Of a stretch of 64,000 nt of DNA, positions 26,577 through 36,145 are shown in pieces (position 1 is the first letter of the stretch; every line of letters starts with the position of its first letter). The stretch is from IMG/VR virus record IMGVR_UViG_3300042508_000149. One strand, given 5' to 3'. Below the pieces are notes generated by a model. The model had not been told where the DNA came from. It did no database searches and worked only from the letters and a program-made list of their open reading frames with translations. This DNA comes from an uncultured virus (IMG/VR IMGVR_UViG_3300042508_000149). Taxonomy: Duplodnaviria; Heunggongvirae; Uroviricota; Caudoviricetes. The translations under genes were made by a program, and so were the position numbers.

Positions 26577-29091
26577 GCAGTTGGCTAAGGCGGCCGCGGG
26601 TAAGTTGCATCTTCTGACTGAAGAGGAGAAGCGGTTACTGCTTAAGGAGATAGAGGAATTAGAAGCTGAGGATGCTAAGGCGCATGCTCAGGGTGATTTC
26701 ATGGGGTTTGTGAAGCGCATGTGGCCGGGGTTTATACCGGGTAGGCACCATGAGGTAGTGGCTAAAGCGTTTGAAGATGTAGTGAATGGCCACAACAAGC
26801 GGTTGATTATTAACATGGCGCCGCGTCATGCTATAATGACTAGCATGATGATACCTACAACTAAGGGCTGGAAAAGCATGTTGGATCTCCAAGTTGGAGA
26901 TTTCGTCTTTGGCCCAGACGGCAAGCCAACACAAGTTCTTGGCAAATCAGAGGTATTTGTAGGCCGAGATTTGTACGAAGTAAAGACCGACGACGGTGCA
27001 ACGCTTACGGTTGATGGTGAGCATCTATGGACTGTTAGGCTTAATAGGCGCGTCAATGTTTACCGTGATTACACAACTGAACAGTTGTGGAGGCGTCAAA
27101 ACGGCGAAGTATTACGGACAAAGCGTTCCGGCGAGGTTGAGTTTGTAGCTGGGAAAACGCAAAAAAACCCTCGTTTGCCAAGACTCCCTGATGTAAGCCC
27201 GGTTGAATACGAACGAAAAGAATTTTTGATAGATCCGTATGTCTTTGGTGTTTGGCTTGGGGACGGGCATTCATCTCAAGCTGTTATTACCATGGAAGAC
27301 GAAGATGCAAAAATCGTAAGAGCAGAAATTGAAAAACGTGGGTATAAAACCACTGATCAATCCACCAAAATGACTTTCGGGGTTATTGGGCTTAAGGTTA
27401 AATTGCGTGAGCTGGGCGTATTGGGCGATAAACACATACCAAGCCACTATCTGGAAGGATCGCCAGACCAGCGCCGAGATTTATTAAAAGGGCTCATGGA
27501 CACAGATGGTTGCGTTAGCAAAGCTGGACAGTGTACGTTTTCACAGAGCAACAGATTTATTATTGACGATGTTCGGCAATTGCTTGCTAGCCTAGGTATT
27601 AAAAACAGTCTATCGGTTACTGAAGCAAAAATAGGTCAAAAAAGCTACGGCCCAACATACAGGATATCGTTTTACGCAAAAGATATTGCGATACTGCCGC
27701 GCAAAGAAAAACGTACTAAGCAAGTAAAAGAAACATTTGGCCGATATATAAGCATAAAACGCCTAGAACAAACAGGAAATACTCAGTGCATTAAAGTGGC
27801 GCGAGAAGATGGTTTGTTCTTGGCTGAAACTGGTTATATATGCACGCACAACACCAAGAGTGAGTTTGCGAGTTACTTGCTGCCGGCTTGGTTTCTTGGG
27901 AAGAATCCACAGAAGAAGGTGATTCAGACATCGCATACGGCTGAGTTGGCGGTTGGTTTTGGCCGGAAGGTCAGGAACCTAATTGACTCAGAGGAGTACC
28001 ACGCCGTTTTTGATGATGTGAAGTTGAAAGCGGATAACAAGAGTGCTGGGCGGTGGGCGACGAATAAGGGTGGTGAGTATTTTTCAATTGGGGTTGGTGG
28101 ATCGGTAACAGGTAAGGGTGCTGATCTATTGATTATTGATGACCCGCATTCAGAGCAAGAAGCAAAACTGGCGGCGCATAAGCCGGATATATTTGATGCG
28201 GTGTATGAGTGGTATACGTCTGGACCGCGGCAGCGTCTGCAACCTGGCGGGGCCATAATCATCGTCATGACCAGATGGTCGTTGAGAGACCTTACTGGGC
28301 AGGTGATTAAGGCGAGTCAGACTAGGGGTGGTGATGAGTGGGAGGTGATTGAGTTGCCCGCCATCATGCCGTCTGGTAAACCGGTGTGGCCAGAGTTTTG
28401 GAAGTTAGAAGAATTGATGGCGCTGAAGGAGGAGCTTCCGGTTGGTAAGTGGAATGCTCAGTATCAGCAGCAGCCGACGGCAGAAGAAGGTGCGATTGTA
28501 AAGAGAGAGTGGTGGATGCGATGGGAGCATGACAGGCCGCCACCGGTGGATTTTATTATTCAGAGCTGGGATACTGCTTTTTTGAAGAGTACGCGGGCGG
28601 ACTTTTCGGCTTGTACGACATGGGGTGTGTGGACAACCGAAGAGGGTGATACCAATATTATTTTGCTAGATGCATTTAAGGATCGGTATGAGTTCCCAGA
28701 GCTTAAGCAGAAGGCTTATGAAACCTACAAAGAGTGGGAGCCAGATGTATTTCTGGTTGAAGCAAAAGCAGCAGGAAGTCCCCTCATCTTTGAACTCAGG
28801 CGTATGGGGATCCCTGTCAGTGAGTACAGCCCCACGAAAGGAAACGACAAAGTCGTCCGCCTGAATGCGGTGTCTGATCTATTTGCCTCGGGGCGGATAT
28901 GGGTGCCTGAGCGTAAATTTGCTGATGAGCTAATTGAAGAGGTTGCTGCTTTTCCTGCTGGTGAGCATGATGACCTGGTGGATTCGATGACCCAAGCTTT
29001 ATTGAGATTTAGGACGGGCGGGTTCTTGAGCCTACAATCTGATGACGAAGACCGAGAGCCGATGTATCGTCGCAAGGTCGCTTATTACTAG
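26566..29091 (+). CDS. terL: Terminase large subunit with intein
   Basis: MAPRH|TKSEF Walker A, LLIIDDPH, SWDTAF, HDDLVD. Confidence 0.95.
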   Translation: MDLRQLAKAAAGKLHLLTEEEKRLLLKEIEELEAEDAKAHAQGDFMGFVKRMWPGFIPGRHHEVVAKAFEDVVNGHNKRLIINMAPRHAIMTSMMIPTTKGWKSMLDLQVGDFVFGPDGKPTQVLGKSEVFVGRDLYEVKTDDGATLTVDGEHLWTVRLNRRVNVYRDYTTEQLWRRQNGEVLRTKRSGEVEFVAGKTQKNPRLPRLPDVSPVEYERKEFLIDPYVFGVWLGDGHSSQAVITMEDEDAKIVRAEIEKRGYKTTDQSTKMTFGVIGLKVKLRELGVLGDKHIPSHYLEGSPDQRRDLLKGLMDTDGCVSKAGQCTFSQSNRFIIDDVRQLLASLGIKNSLSVTEAKIGQKSYGPTYRISFYAKDIAILPRKEKRTKQVKETFGRYISIKRLEQTGNTQCIKVAREDGLFLAETGYICTHNTKSEFASYLLPAWFLGKNPQKKVIQTSHTAELAVGFGRKVRNLIDSEEYHAVFDDVKLKADNKSAGRWATNKGGEYFSIGVGGSVTGKGADLLIIDDPHSEQEAKLAAHKPDIFDAVYEWYTSGPRQRLQPGGAIIIVMTRWSLRDLTGQVIKASQTRGGDEWEVIELPAIMPSGKPVWPEFWKLEELMALKEELPVGKWNAQYQQQPTAEEGAIVKREWWMRWEHDRPPPVDFIIQSWDTAFLKSTRADFSACTTWGVWTTEEGDTNIILLDAFKDRYEFPELKQKAYETYKEWEPDVFLVEAKAAGSPLIFELRRMGIPVSEYSPTKGNDKVVRLNAVSDLFASGRIWVPERKFADELIEEVAAFPAGEHDDLVDSMTQALLRFRTGGFLSLQSDDEDREPMYRRKVAYY
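26830..27852 (+). mobile_element. Intein (341 aa) with LAGLIDADG endonuclease, Ala-start (class 3-type)
   Basis: Starts AIMTS; EHLWTV, GVWLGDG, LKGLMDTDG, QCIKV, ends CTHN followed by Thr. Confidence 0.9.
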
Positions 29092-29099
29092 GAGCCAAG

Positions 29100-31481
29100 A
29101 TGGAACCTGCACTTTATCCTGCGCCGTTAGGTTTAGACGCCGCCATGGATGCGCCCACTGAAATTGAAATTGAGATTGAAGACCCAGAGTCAGTTGCTAT
29201 ATCGACGGATGGCGTAGAGATTATCTTTGAGCCAGAACGTGAACAGCCCGAAGATCATGACGCTAATCTTGCTGAATATATTGATGACCGAGAGTTATCA
29301 ACGATAGCCAGTGATTTGCTTGAAGACTTTGAGACCGATCAGTCCTCAAGGAAAGAATGGGTTGATACCTATGTCGATGGGCTAAAGCTTCTTGGTATGA
29401 AGTATGAGGATAGGACAGAACCATGGCCTGGTGCTTGTGGTGTGTTCTATCCATTGCTATCAGAGGCGGCGGTTAGGTTTCAGGCTGAGTCCATCATGGA
29501 GACTTTCCCTGCGTCGGGCCCTGTTAAGACTCAGATTGTTGGAAAGCTGACCAAGGAAAAGGAAGATGCAGCGGAGCGAGTAAAGGATGATATGAATTGG
29601 CGTCTGACAGAGCAGATGCCAGAGTATCGCCCTGAGCACGAAAAGATGTTGTGGTCGTTATCCTTGGCGGGATCTGCTTTTAAGAAGGTTTACTACGATC
29701 CAGCACTGGGCAGACAGGTGTCTATGTTTGTGCCGGCCGAGGATATTGTGGTTCCTTATGGCGCAAGTGATCTTAGATCTTCACCGCGTATCGCACAGAT
29801 CATGCGTAAGACTAAGAATGAGGTCAAAAAGCTCCAGCACGCAGGGTTTTATCGAGATATTGATCTAGGCGAACCGTCTGGTGTGCTCGATGACATTGAA
29901 AAACGCAAGGCGGAAGAGCAGGGCATGTCCGCCACCATGGATGATCGGTACCGAATCATCGAAATGTGCGTGGATTTAGACCTTGCAGGGTTTGAAGATA
30001 GCGACAAAGAGGGCCCCACGGGTATTGCTTTGCCCTATATCGTGACTATTGATAAGGGTACAAGCCAGATTTTGGCCATCAGACGCAACTGGTATGCCGA
30101 TGATCCGTTGAAATTAAAGCGGATGCACTATACCCACTACATTTACATCCCAGGTTTTGGGTTTTATGGGTTCGGTTTGATCCACTTAGTGGGTGGTTTT
30201 GCTAAATCCGGCACCTCGTTGATCCGCCAACTGGTGGATGCGGGTACGTTATCCAACCTGCCAGGTGGTTTGAAGTCCCGCGGCCTGCGAGTTAAGGGTG
30301 ATGACACGCCAATTGCCCCCGGTGAGTTCCGCGATGTGGACGTTCCATCAGGATCCATCAGGGATAACATCCTTCCGCTACCCTATAAAGAGCCAAGCCA
30401 GGTTCTATACCAGTTATTACAGACTATTGTTGATGAAGGCAGGCGTTTTGCTGCTACTGCTGATATGCAAATCAGCGATTTATCAGCAAATACCCCAGTT
30501 GGTACGACGTTAGCAGTATTAGAACGTACATTAAAGGTAATGTCTGCGGTTCAGGCGCGTTTGCATTATTCAATGCGCCAAGAATTCAAATTATTATCTG
30601 CGATTATCAGAGATTATCTACCGACTGAATATAATTATGATGTTGATTCGCCAATTGGCAGGGCAATTAAACAATCTGATTATGATAATGTCGATGTAAT
30701 TCCTGTATCAGATCCAAATGCTACAACATTAGCGCAGCGCGTTACGCAATATCAAGCAGTATTGCAATTAGCTGCACAATCGCCGCAAATATATGATATT
30801 CCAGAGCTTCATAAACGAATGCTTGGCGTATTAGGTATTAAAGATATTGATAAATTAATACCTGTTACAAAACAATTAGAGCCACGTGATCCAGTTTCTG
30901 AGAATATGGATATATTGGTTATGAAACCAGTAAAAGCATTTATATATCAGGATCACGAAGCGCATATTGCTGTGCATATGGCTGCATTAAACGACCCATT
31001 ATTAAGACAGCAGATGCAACAAAATCCGATGGCAGGTCAAATGATGGCCTCCGCGCAGGCTCATATTAATGAGCACTTAGCATTCCTGTATCGCAGGAAG
31101 ATTGAAGAGCAATTAGGTGTACCGTTACCGGCACCTAATACAACGCTTCCAGAAGACTTTGAAGTTCAGTTGTCACGCCTTACAGCGCAGGCTGCACAGC
31201 AATTGTTGGCACAGAATAGCCAGCAGGCTCAGATGATGCAGAACATGCAGGCCCAGCAAGATCCGGTTGTGCAGATGCAGCAGGCTGAGTTGCAGATTAA
31301 GGCGCAGCGTGAGCAGCGTGAGGCCGCCATGGATGCTGCTGAGTTGCAGTTGAAGCAGCAGGCACAGGCGCAGAAGGTGATGTTAGAGCAGGAAAGAATC
31401 GCTTCTCAGGAGCGCATGAACAATCAAAACAACCAAGTCAAGATGATTGACAAGGCTGCTGATATTCAACGAGGTGGGTAA
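29100..31481 (+). CDS. Portal protein
   Basis: Follows terL; 793 aa; GSAFKKVYYD; Gln-rich C-terminus. Confidence 0.85.
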   Translation: MEPALYPAPLGLDAAMDAPTEIEIEIEDPESVAISTDGVEIIFEPEREQPEDHDANLAEYIDDRELSTIASDLLEDFETDQSSRKEWVDTYVDGLKLLGMKYEDRTEPWPGACGVFYPLLSEAAVRFQAESIMETFPASGPVKTQIVGKLTKEKEDAAERVKDDMNWRLTEQMPEYRPEHEKMLWSLSLAGSAFKKVYYDPALGRQVSMFVPAEDIVVPYGASDLRSSPRIAQIMRKTKNEVKKLQHAGFYRDIDLGEPSGVLDDIEKRKAEEQGMSATMDDRYRIIEMCVDLDLAGFEDSDKEGPTGIALPYIVTIDKGTSQILAIRRNWYADDPLKLKRMHYTHYIYIPGFGFYGFGLIHLVGGFAKSGTSLIRQLVDAGTLSNLPGGLKSRGLRVKGDDTPIAPGEFRDVDVPSGSIRDNILPLPYKEPSQVLYQLLQTIVDEGRRFAATADMQISDLSANTPVGTTLAVLERTLKVMSAVQARLHYSMRQEFKLLSAIIRDYLPTEYNYDVDSPIGRAIKQSDYDNVDVIPVSDPNATTLAQRVTQYQAVLQLAAQSPQIYDIPELHKRMLGVLGIKDIDKLIPVTKQLEPRDPVSENMDILVMKPVKAFIYQDHEAHIAVHMAALNDPLLRQQMQQNPMAGQMMASAQAHINEHLAFLYRRKIEEQLGVPLPAPNTTLPEDFEVQLSRLTAQAAQQLLAQNSQQAQMMQNMQAQQDPVVQMQQAELQIKAQREQREAAMDAAELQLKQQAQAQKVMLEQERIASQERMNNQNNQVKMIDKAADIQRGG

Positions 31482-31669
31482 TGGATTTCCCCGAGGCGGT
31501 AAGCCTGGAGATAAACAAGCAAATCCGCTATGCGGAGGAACAGCTTGCCCAAGGAAGTATCAAGTCCTTTGAGGACTACAAGTACGTCTGCGGTCAGATT
31601 CAAGGTCTGTTGATCGCAAGACGCATAAACGAAGACCTTGCAAACAGAGTGAAGGATTACGATGACTGA
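31481..31669 (+). CDS. Hypothetical protein
   Basis: FEDYKYVCGQIQGL; coupled to neighbours. Confidence 0.7.
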   Translation: MDFPEAVSLEINKQIRYAEEQLAQGSIKSFEDYKYVCGQIQGLLIARRINEDLANRVKDYDD

Positions 31670-32033
31670 TATGTCAGAGGCAGTAAACGAGGAAGAGCAG
31701 GCCACGCAACTTCCAACGCCCACGGGCTATAGGATGTTATGCGCTTTACCGGAAGTAGAGGACAAGTTCTCCAACGGCATTTTGAAGCCTGACGCACTGA
31801 CTAAGCTGGAAGAGTTTAGTACGGTTGTTTTATTTGTCATCAAGCAAGGTCCTGATTGTTACAAGGACGCAGCTAAGTTTCCCACGGGACCATGGTGCAA
31901 GGAAGGTGACTTTGTGTTGGTACGTGCTTACTCGGGCACGCGATTCAAGATTCACGGAAGAGAGTTCCGCTTAATCAATGACGACACGATAGAAGGTGTC
32001 GTGGAAGATCCACGTGGCTATAGCCGCGCATAA
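31662..32033 (+). CDS. groES: GroES-like co-chaperonin
   Basis: PTGYRML...GPDCY...EGDFVLVRAYSGT...FRLINDDTI. Confidence 0.85.
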   Translation: MTDMSEAVNEEEQATQLPTPTGYRMLCALPEVEDKFSNGILKPDALTKLEEFSTVVLFVIKQGPDCYKDAAKFPTGPWCKEGDFVLVRAYSGTRFKIHGREFRLINDDTIEGVVEDPRGYSRA

Positions 32034-32044
32034 GGGAGTTGAAG

Positions 32045-32971
32045 ATGGAAAATGAAGGAAAGATTGAGGTCGAAGTAGAAGGCGACCAAGTAGAAGTTGA
32101 GATTGAAAACGATGCGCCGCCAGAGGATCGTAATGCGACGCCATTGAAATCAGATCCTGCTGATATTCCTGATGATGAGATTCGTCAGTATTCAGATAAC
32201 GTCAAGAAACGCATCCAGCAATTAACCCATGCAAGGCATGATGAGCGCCGAACCAAGGAAGAGGCGATACGTGAGCGTGAGGCTGCATTAGCTTACGCAA
32301 AACAAATTGCTGACGAGAATGCACAGCTAAAAGCCAAGCTCAGTAGCGGCGAAACGACATTGATTAAAACAATGCAGATCGCCACGGAGAAGGAGCTTGA
32401 TGAAGCAAAGCGTAAATACAAGGAAGCCTTGTATACGGGCGATGCGGACAAGATTGCCACTGCCCAAGAGGAGTTTAGTAAGGCTGTTATTAAGGCTGAG
32501 AAGGTCAAGGGATTTAAGCCGGCTGCACAAGAGAATTTGCAACCTGTTGAAAATCAATCATATAATCAACCCACTCAATACATCGACGCTAAGGCGGACC
32601 GATGGAAACGGCAAAACTCATGGTTTGGCCAGCCCGGTGAACCTGGTGTTGATGACGAAATGACTTACTTTGCAATGGGTCTTCATAAGAAGCTGACCCG
32701 TGAACATGGTGAGCAGTTTGCTGCATCAGATGAGTATTACGAGCGGATAGACGCTCGCATGAAAGAGAAGTTCCCTGAGTACTTTGGCAAACAGGCCGAG
32801 CCAGAGGTTCCAAGAAGGCCTGCTACGGTGGTTGCCCCGGCATCGCGCAGCTCTCCACCTAAAAAAATAAAGCTGACAGCGTCTGAAGCCAGTATGGCCA
32901 AGCGCATTGGTGTGCCGCTAGAGGAATATGCCAAATCCATGGCAAAACTACGTATGGAAGGAAAGATATGA
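32045..32971 (+). CDS. Scaffold-like coiled-coil protein
   Basis: Acidic N-terminus, coiled coil, AKRIGVPLEEYAK, upstream of the capsid genes. Confidence 0.65.
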   Translation: MENEGKIEVEVEGDQVEVEIENDAPPEDRNATPLKSDPADIPDDEIRQYSDNVKKRIQQLTHARHDERRTKEEAIREREAALAYAKQIADENAQLKAKLSSGETTLIKTMQIATEKELDEAKRKYKEALYTGDADKIATAQEEFSKAVIKAEKVKGFKPAAQENLQPVENQSYNQPTQYIDAKADRWKRQNSWFGQPGEPGVDDEMTYFAMGLHKKLTREHGEQFAASDEYYERIDARMKEKFPEYFGKQAEPEVPRRPATVVAPASRSSPPKKIKLTASEASMAKRIGVPLEEYAKSMAKLRMEGKI

Positions 32972-33408
32972 GCCGCGAATCCCGTGAAGTACAGACCCGT
33001 GATAACACGGAACGTCCGAAGCAGTGGAAGCCGCCCAGCTCATTGCCTGACCCTCTGCCACGCGACGGATGGAAACATCGTTGGGTACGCACATCCATTC
33101 TTGGACAGGCAGACCCACGTAATGTAGCAACCCGGCATCAAGATGGTTTTGAACCATGCAAGTGGGAAGACTATCCAGAAGTCGCACGAGCCATGCTCGC
33201 ATCCGGAACTCAAACCGGCAATATTGAGATTGGTGGATTAATGCTGTGCCGCGCCCCTGTAGAGATGGTTGATCAGCGCAACGGGTTTTACCTGAAGCAG
33301 GCCAACGATTGGATGCAGAGTGTGGATAGCAATTTCATGCGCGAAAACGACCCAAGGATGCCGCTGTTTAATGACAGACGATCTGAGGTCCGATTCGGTA
33401 AGAGATAA
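32968..33408 (+). CDS. Head-module hypothetical protein
   Basis: Position; GWKHRWVR...IEIGGLMLC. Confidence 0.7.
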   Translation: MSRESREVQTRDNTERPKQWKPPSSLPDPLPRDGWKHRWVRTSILGQADPRNVATRHQDGFEPCKWEDYPEVARAMLASGTQTGNIEIGGLMLCRAPVEMVDQRNGFYLKQANDWMQSVDSNFMRENDPRMPLFNDRRSEVRFGKR

Positions 33409-33429
33409 ACCTCATTTGGAGTAACTTAA

Positions 33430-34089
33430 ATGGCTTACCCGACTGTATCAGCCCCTTATGGGCTAAAGCCGATCAATCTGATCGGTGGTCAGGTGTTTGC
33501 CGGAGCCACTCGCCAGCGTCGTATCGCATCTGGTGCTTCAAGCATTGGATTCGGAGACCCTGTTAAGTTTGCCTCGGACGGCACCATTGTTGTAACCACG
33601 GAAACCACAACCGGCCCAGCCACTGGCTTTGCTGGCGTTTTCCTTGGATGCCAGTTTGTTTCTTCTGTAACTGGCCAACCCACATGGTCTCAATCGTGGA
33701 TTAGCGGCACTTCGGTAAAGGCAAACACCTTTATCTACGCTTATGTCTGCGAAGATCCTGATCAGTTGTTCCAAGTTGCCGTAGTGACTGGCACCACGGT
33801 TGTTTCGACGACCTCGGGCCTGACCTACACCAACATCAACAACAACGTGGCATTGGTAGCTAACACGCTCAATACCACGACTGGCGATTCACAGCAGGGC
33901 ATCCTGTTGAGTTCGGCAGCAGTAACGGCAACCCTGCCCTTACGTATTGTTGACTTGGTGCCTGATACGGCATTTACCTACAGTGGCACGGTTTACTTCC
34001 CCGAGGCAATCGTTAAGTTCAATGCACCGAACGTAACGGGATCCGTCGTGGATGGTGGCCATGCTTACTACAACCCGACCGGACTGTAA
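33430..34089 (+). CDS. Capsid decoration/minor head protein
   Basis: Immediately upstream of the major capsid gene; beta-rich. Confidence 0.6.
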   Translation: MAYPTVSAPYGLKPINLIGGQVFAGATRQRRIASGASSIGFGDPVKFASDGTIVVTTETTTGPATGFAGVFLGCQFVSSVTGQPTWSQSWISGTSVKANTFIYAYVCEDPDQLFQVAVVTGTTVVSTTSGLTYTNINNNVALVANTLNTTTGDSQQGILLSSAAVTATLPLRIVDLVPDTAFTYSGTVYFPEAIVKFNAPNVTGSVVDGGHAYYNPTGL

Positions 34090-34101
34090 GGGGAAACTTA
34101 A

Positions 34102-35010
34102 ATGGCTATTTCACGCGCACAACTACTGAAAGAGCTGCTCCCCGGCCTGAACGCATTGTTCGGTCTTGAGTACGCTCGCTATGGCGAAGAACACAAAGAG
34201 ATCTACGAAACCGAGACCTCTGAGCGTTCGTTTGAAGAGGAAACCAAGCTGTCTGGATTCTCGGCCGCACCGGTCAAGAACGAAGGCTCTGCGATTGCTT
34301 ATGACAACGCACAGGAAGCTTGGACGGCTCGCTACACCCATGAGACGATCGCTATGGGCTTTTCGATTACCGAAGAGGCAATCGAAGACAACCTGTACGA
34401 TTCGCTCAGCTCGCGTTATACCAAGGCACTTGCACGCGCCATGGCATACACCAAGCAGGTGAAAGCAGCAGCCGTGTTGAACAATGGATGGGCAACTACC
34501 GTTACATACGGTGACGGCCAGTCCCTGTTCTCCACAGCACATCCTCTTGTATCCGGCGGCACAAACAGCAACACGCCAGCTACCCAGGCTGACTTGAATG
34601 AAACTTCGTTGGAAAACGCGGTCATTCAAATCGCAGGGTGGACGGACGAACGTGGTCTGTTGATCGCAGCTCGCCCACGCAAGCTCATCGTTCCTCCGAA
34701 CCTCCAGTTCGTGGCAACTCGTCTGTTGGAAACCGAACTCCGCGTCGGCACCAACAACAACGATATCAACGCCATCAAGAACAATGGTTCGATCCCCGAG
34801 GGATACACCATCAACCACTTCTTGACTGACACCAACGGCTGGTTCCTTACCACCGACGTGCCCAATGGATTGAAGCACTTTGTGCGGACACCCATGCAGA
34901 CTGGAATGGACGGGGACTTCGATACCGGTAACGTAAGATATAAAGCGAGAGAGCGTTACTCGTTTGGAGTCTCGGATCCGTTAGGTATCTTCGGCTCGCA
35001 AGGAGCCTAA
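34102..35010 (+). CDS. Major capsid protein
   Basis: MAISRAQLLKELLPGL...KLIVPP...FDTGNVRYKARERYSFG; strong codon bias; followed by a terminator. Confidence 0.9.
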   Translation: MAISRAQLLKELLPGLNALFGLEYARYGEEHKEIYETETSERSFEEETKLSGFSAAPVKNEGSAIAYDNAQEAWTARYTHETIAMGFSITEEAIEDNLYDSLSSRYTKALARAMAYTKQVKAAAVLNNGWATTVTYGDGQSLFSTAHPLVSGGTNSNTPATQADLNETSLENAVIQIAGWTDERGLLIAARPRKLIVPPNLQFVATRLLETELRVGTNNNDINAIKNNGSIPEGYTINHFLTDTNGWFLTTDVPNGLKHFVRTPMQTGMDGDFDTGNVRYKARERYSFGVSDPLGIFGSQGA

Positions 35011-35043
35011 TACCAATAAAATCAAGCACTTAGCTTGGTTTGG

Positions 35044-35070
35044 AAGCCACCTTCGGGTGGCTTTTTCTTT
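35044..35070 (+). terminator. Rho-independent terminator
   Basis: AAGCCACC-TTCG-GGTGGCTT plus T-run. Confidence 0.9.
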
Positions 35071-35075
35071 GCTTG

Positions 35076-35104
35076 TTGACATCGTTAGTTCCTTTCGGTA
35101 CATT
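35076..35104 (+). promoter_or_regulatory. sigma70 promoter for the endonuclease gene
   Basis: TTGACA-17-TACATT. Confidence 0.7.
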
Positions 35105-35132
35105 ACGGTTATGGCTTTGTAACGGAGGAAAC

Positions 35133-36053
35133 ATGGAGCAAGTCATTTATAAAATCATCAACGTGGTCAACAACAAGTTTTATGTAGGTAGCACGACAAA
35201 CAAGAAGGTTCGCTTCAGGCAACACCGTAAGTTGCTTCGAGGTAACAGGCACCATTGCAAGCACCTGCAAGCATCGTGGAACAAATACGGCGAAGATAAA
35301 TTTGAGTTTGTAGTTGTTGAAGAGGTTGCTCAAGACATAGAGCTTTGGAGAGTCGAAGATAATTGGTTGCAACAACATGTAGGTAAAGCGCATTGCTATA
35401 ACAGTGGATACGCGGCAGTTGCGCCTTGGCGCGGGGTAATTGGACCAGAGCATCCTAAATTTGGCGTTCCTGTCACGCCTATGCAAAAGAAACAAATATC
35501 TAAAACCCTACGAGAGTTTTATGCTGCTGATTACTTTAACCACCCGCGCGTCGGGAAAAAGCACACCGAAGAAACCAAGTTAAAGATTAAACAAAACAGA
35601 ACGCCCACCGCCGGGGAAAACCACTACCGATACGGTAAAACGCTATCAGACGAGACAAAAGCAAAGATTGGTGCGGCGCAGCGGGGCAAGCCAAAAGCAG
35701 AAGGTCGCAAGGTTTCAGAAAAGGGGCTCTTAAAGATTCGTGAAAATATTGAATCAGGGCGTAGCCATAAGCACTGGCTAGGACGTAAACATACCGAAGA
35801 GGCAAAAGAAAAGATGAGCAAAGCTGTATTTGTTATGCCTGATGGCATTTTATTCCCAAGCCTTACTGCGGTGCTGAGCCATTACGGAATGAAAATGCCG
35901 ACCCTTCGTAGGGCTTTGGTATCCGGCAAACATTTAACAAAAGGGCGTTTAGCTGGGTATAGTTTTAGATATGGCGGCATTGATTCAAAGCCCACTGAAA
36001 ACGATCTTGCATTAATCCGCGCAAAGCTCATTGACTCCCACCCCAATAACTGA
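35133..36053 (+). CDS. Freestanding GIY-YIG homing endonuclease with NUMOD3 repeats
   Basis: GGAGG RBS; VIYKIIN...FYVGST...RFRQH; GKKHTEETK, GRKHTEEAK. Confidence 0.9.
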   Translation: MEQVIYKIINVVNNKFYVGSTTNKKVRFRQHRKLLRGNRHHCKHLQASWNKYGEDKFEFVVVEEVAQDIELWRVEDNWLQQHVGKAHCYNSGYAAVAPWRGVIGPEHPKFGVPVTPMQKKQISKTLREFYAADYFNHPRVGKKHTEETKLKIKQNRTPTAGENHYRYGKTLSDETKAKIGAAQRGKPKAEGRKVSEKGLLKIRENIESGRSHKHWLGRKHTEEAKEKMSKAVFVMPDGILFPSLTAVLSHYGMKMPTLRRALVSGKHLTKGRLAGYSFRYGGIDSKPTENDLALIRAKLIDSHPNN

Positions 36054-36066
36054 TACAAACACATCA

Positions 36067-36133
36067 CTAGGGTTCCCACCCATATCGACTGACCTAGCAG
36101 ACTTTGTAGAGACGGTATGGGGATGCGCTACAA
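36067..36133 (+). ncRNA. Candidate pseudoknotted leader RNA
   Basis: Three interleaved helices in an intergenic gap. Confidence 0.35.
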
Positions 36134-36145
36134 CGCGGAGTTATC

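Noticed and set aside
34123..34878. Long antisense ORFs (also 51246-51845, 62790-63497, 44096-44578)
   Set aside because: Shadows of biased-codon or low-complexity genes on the plus strand.
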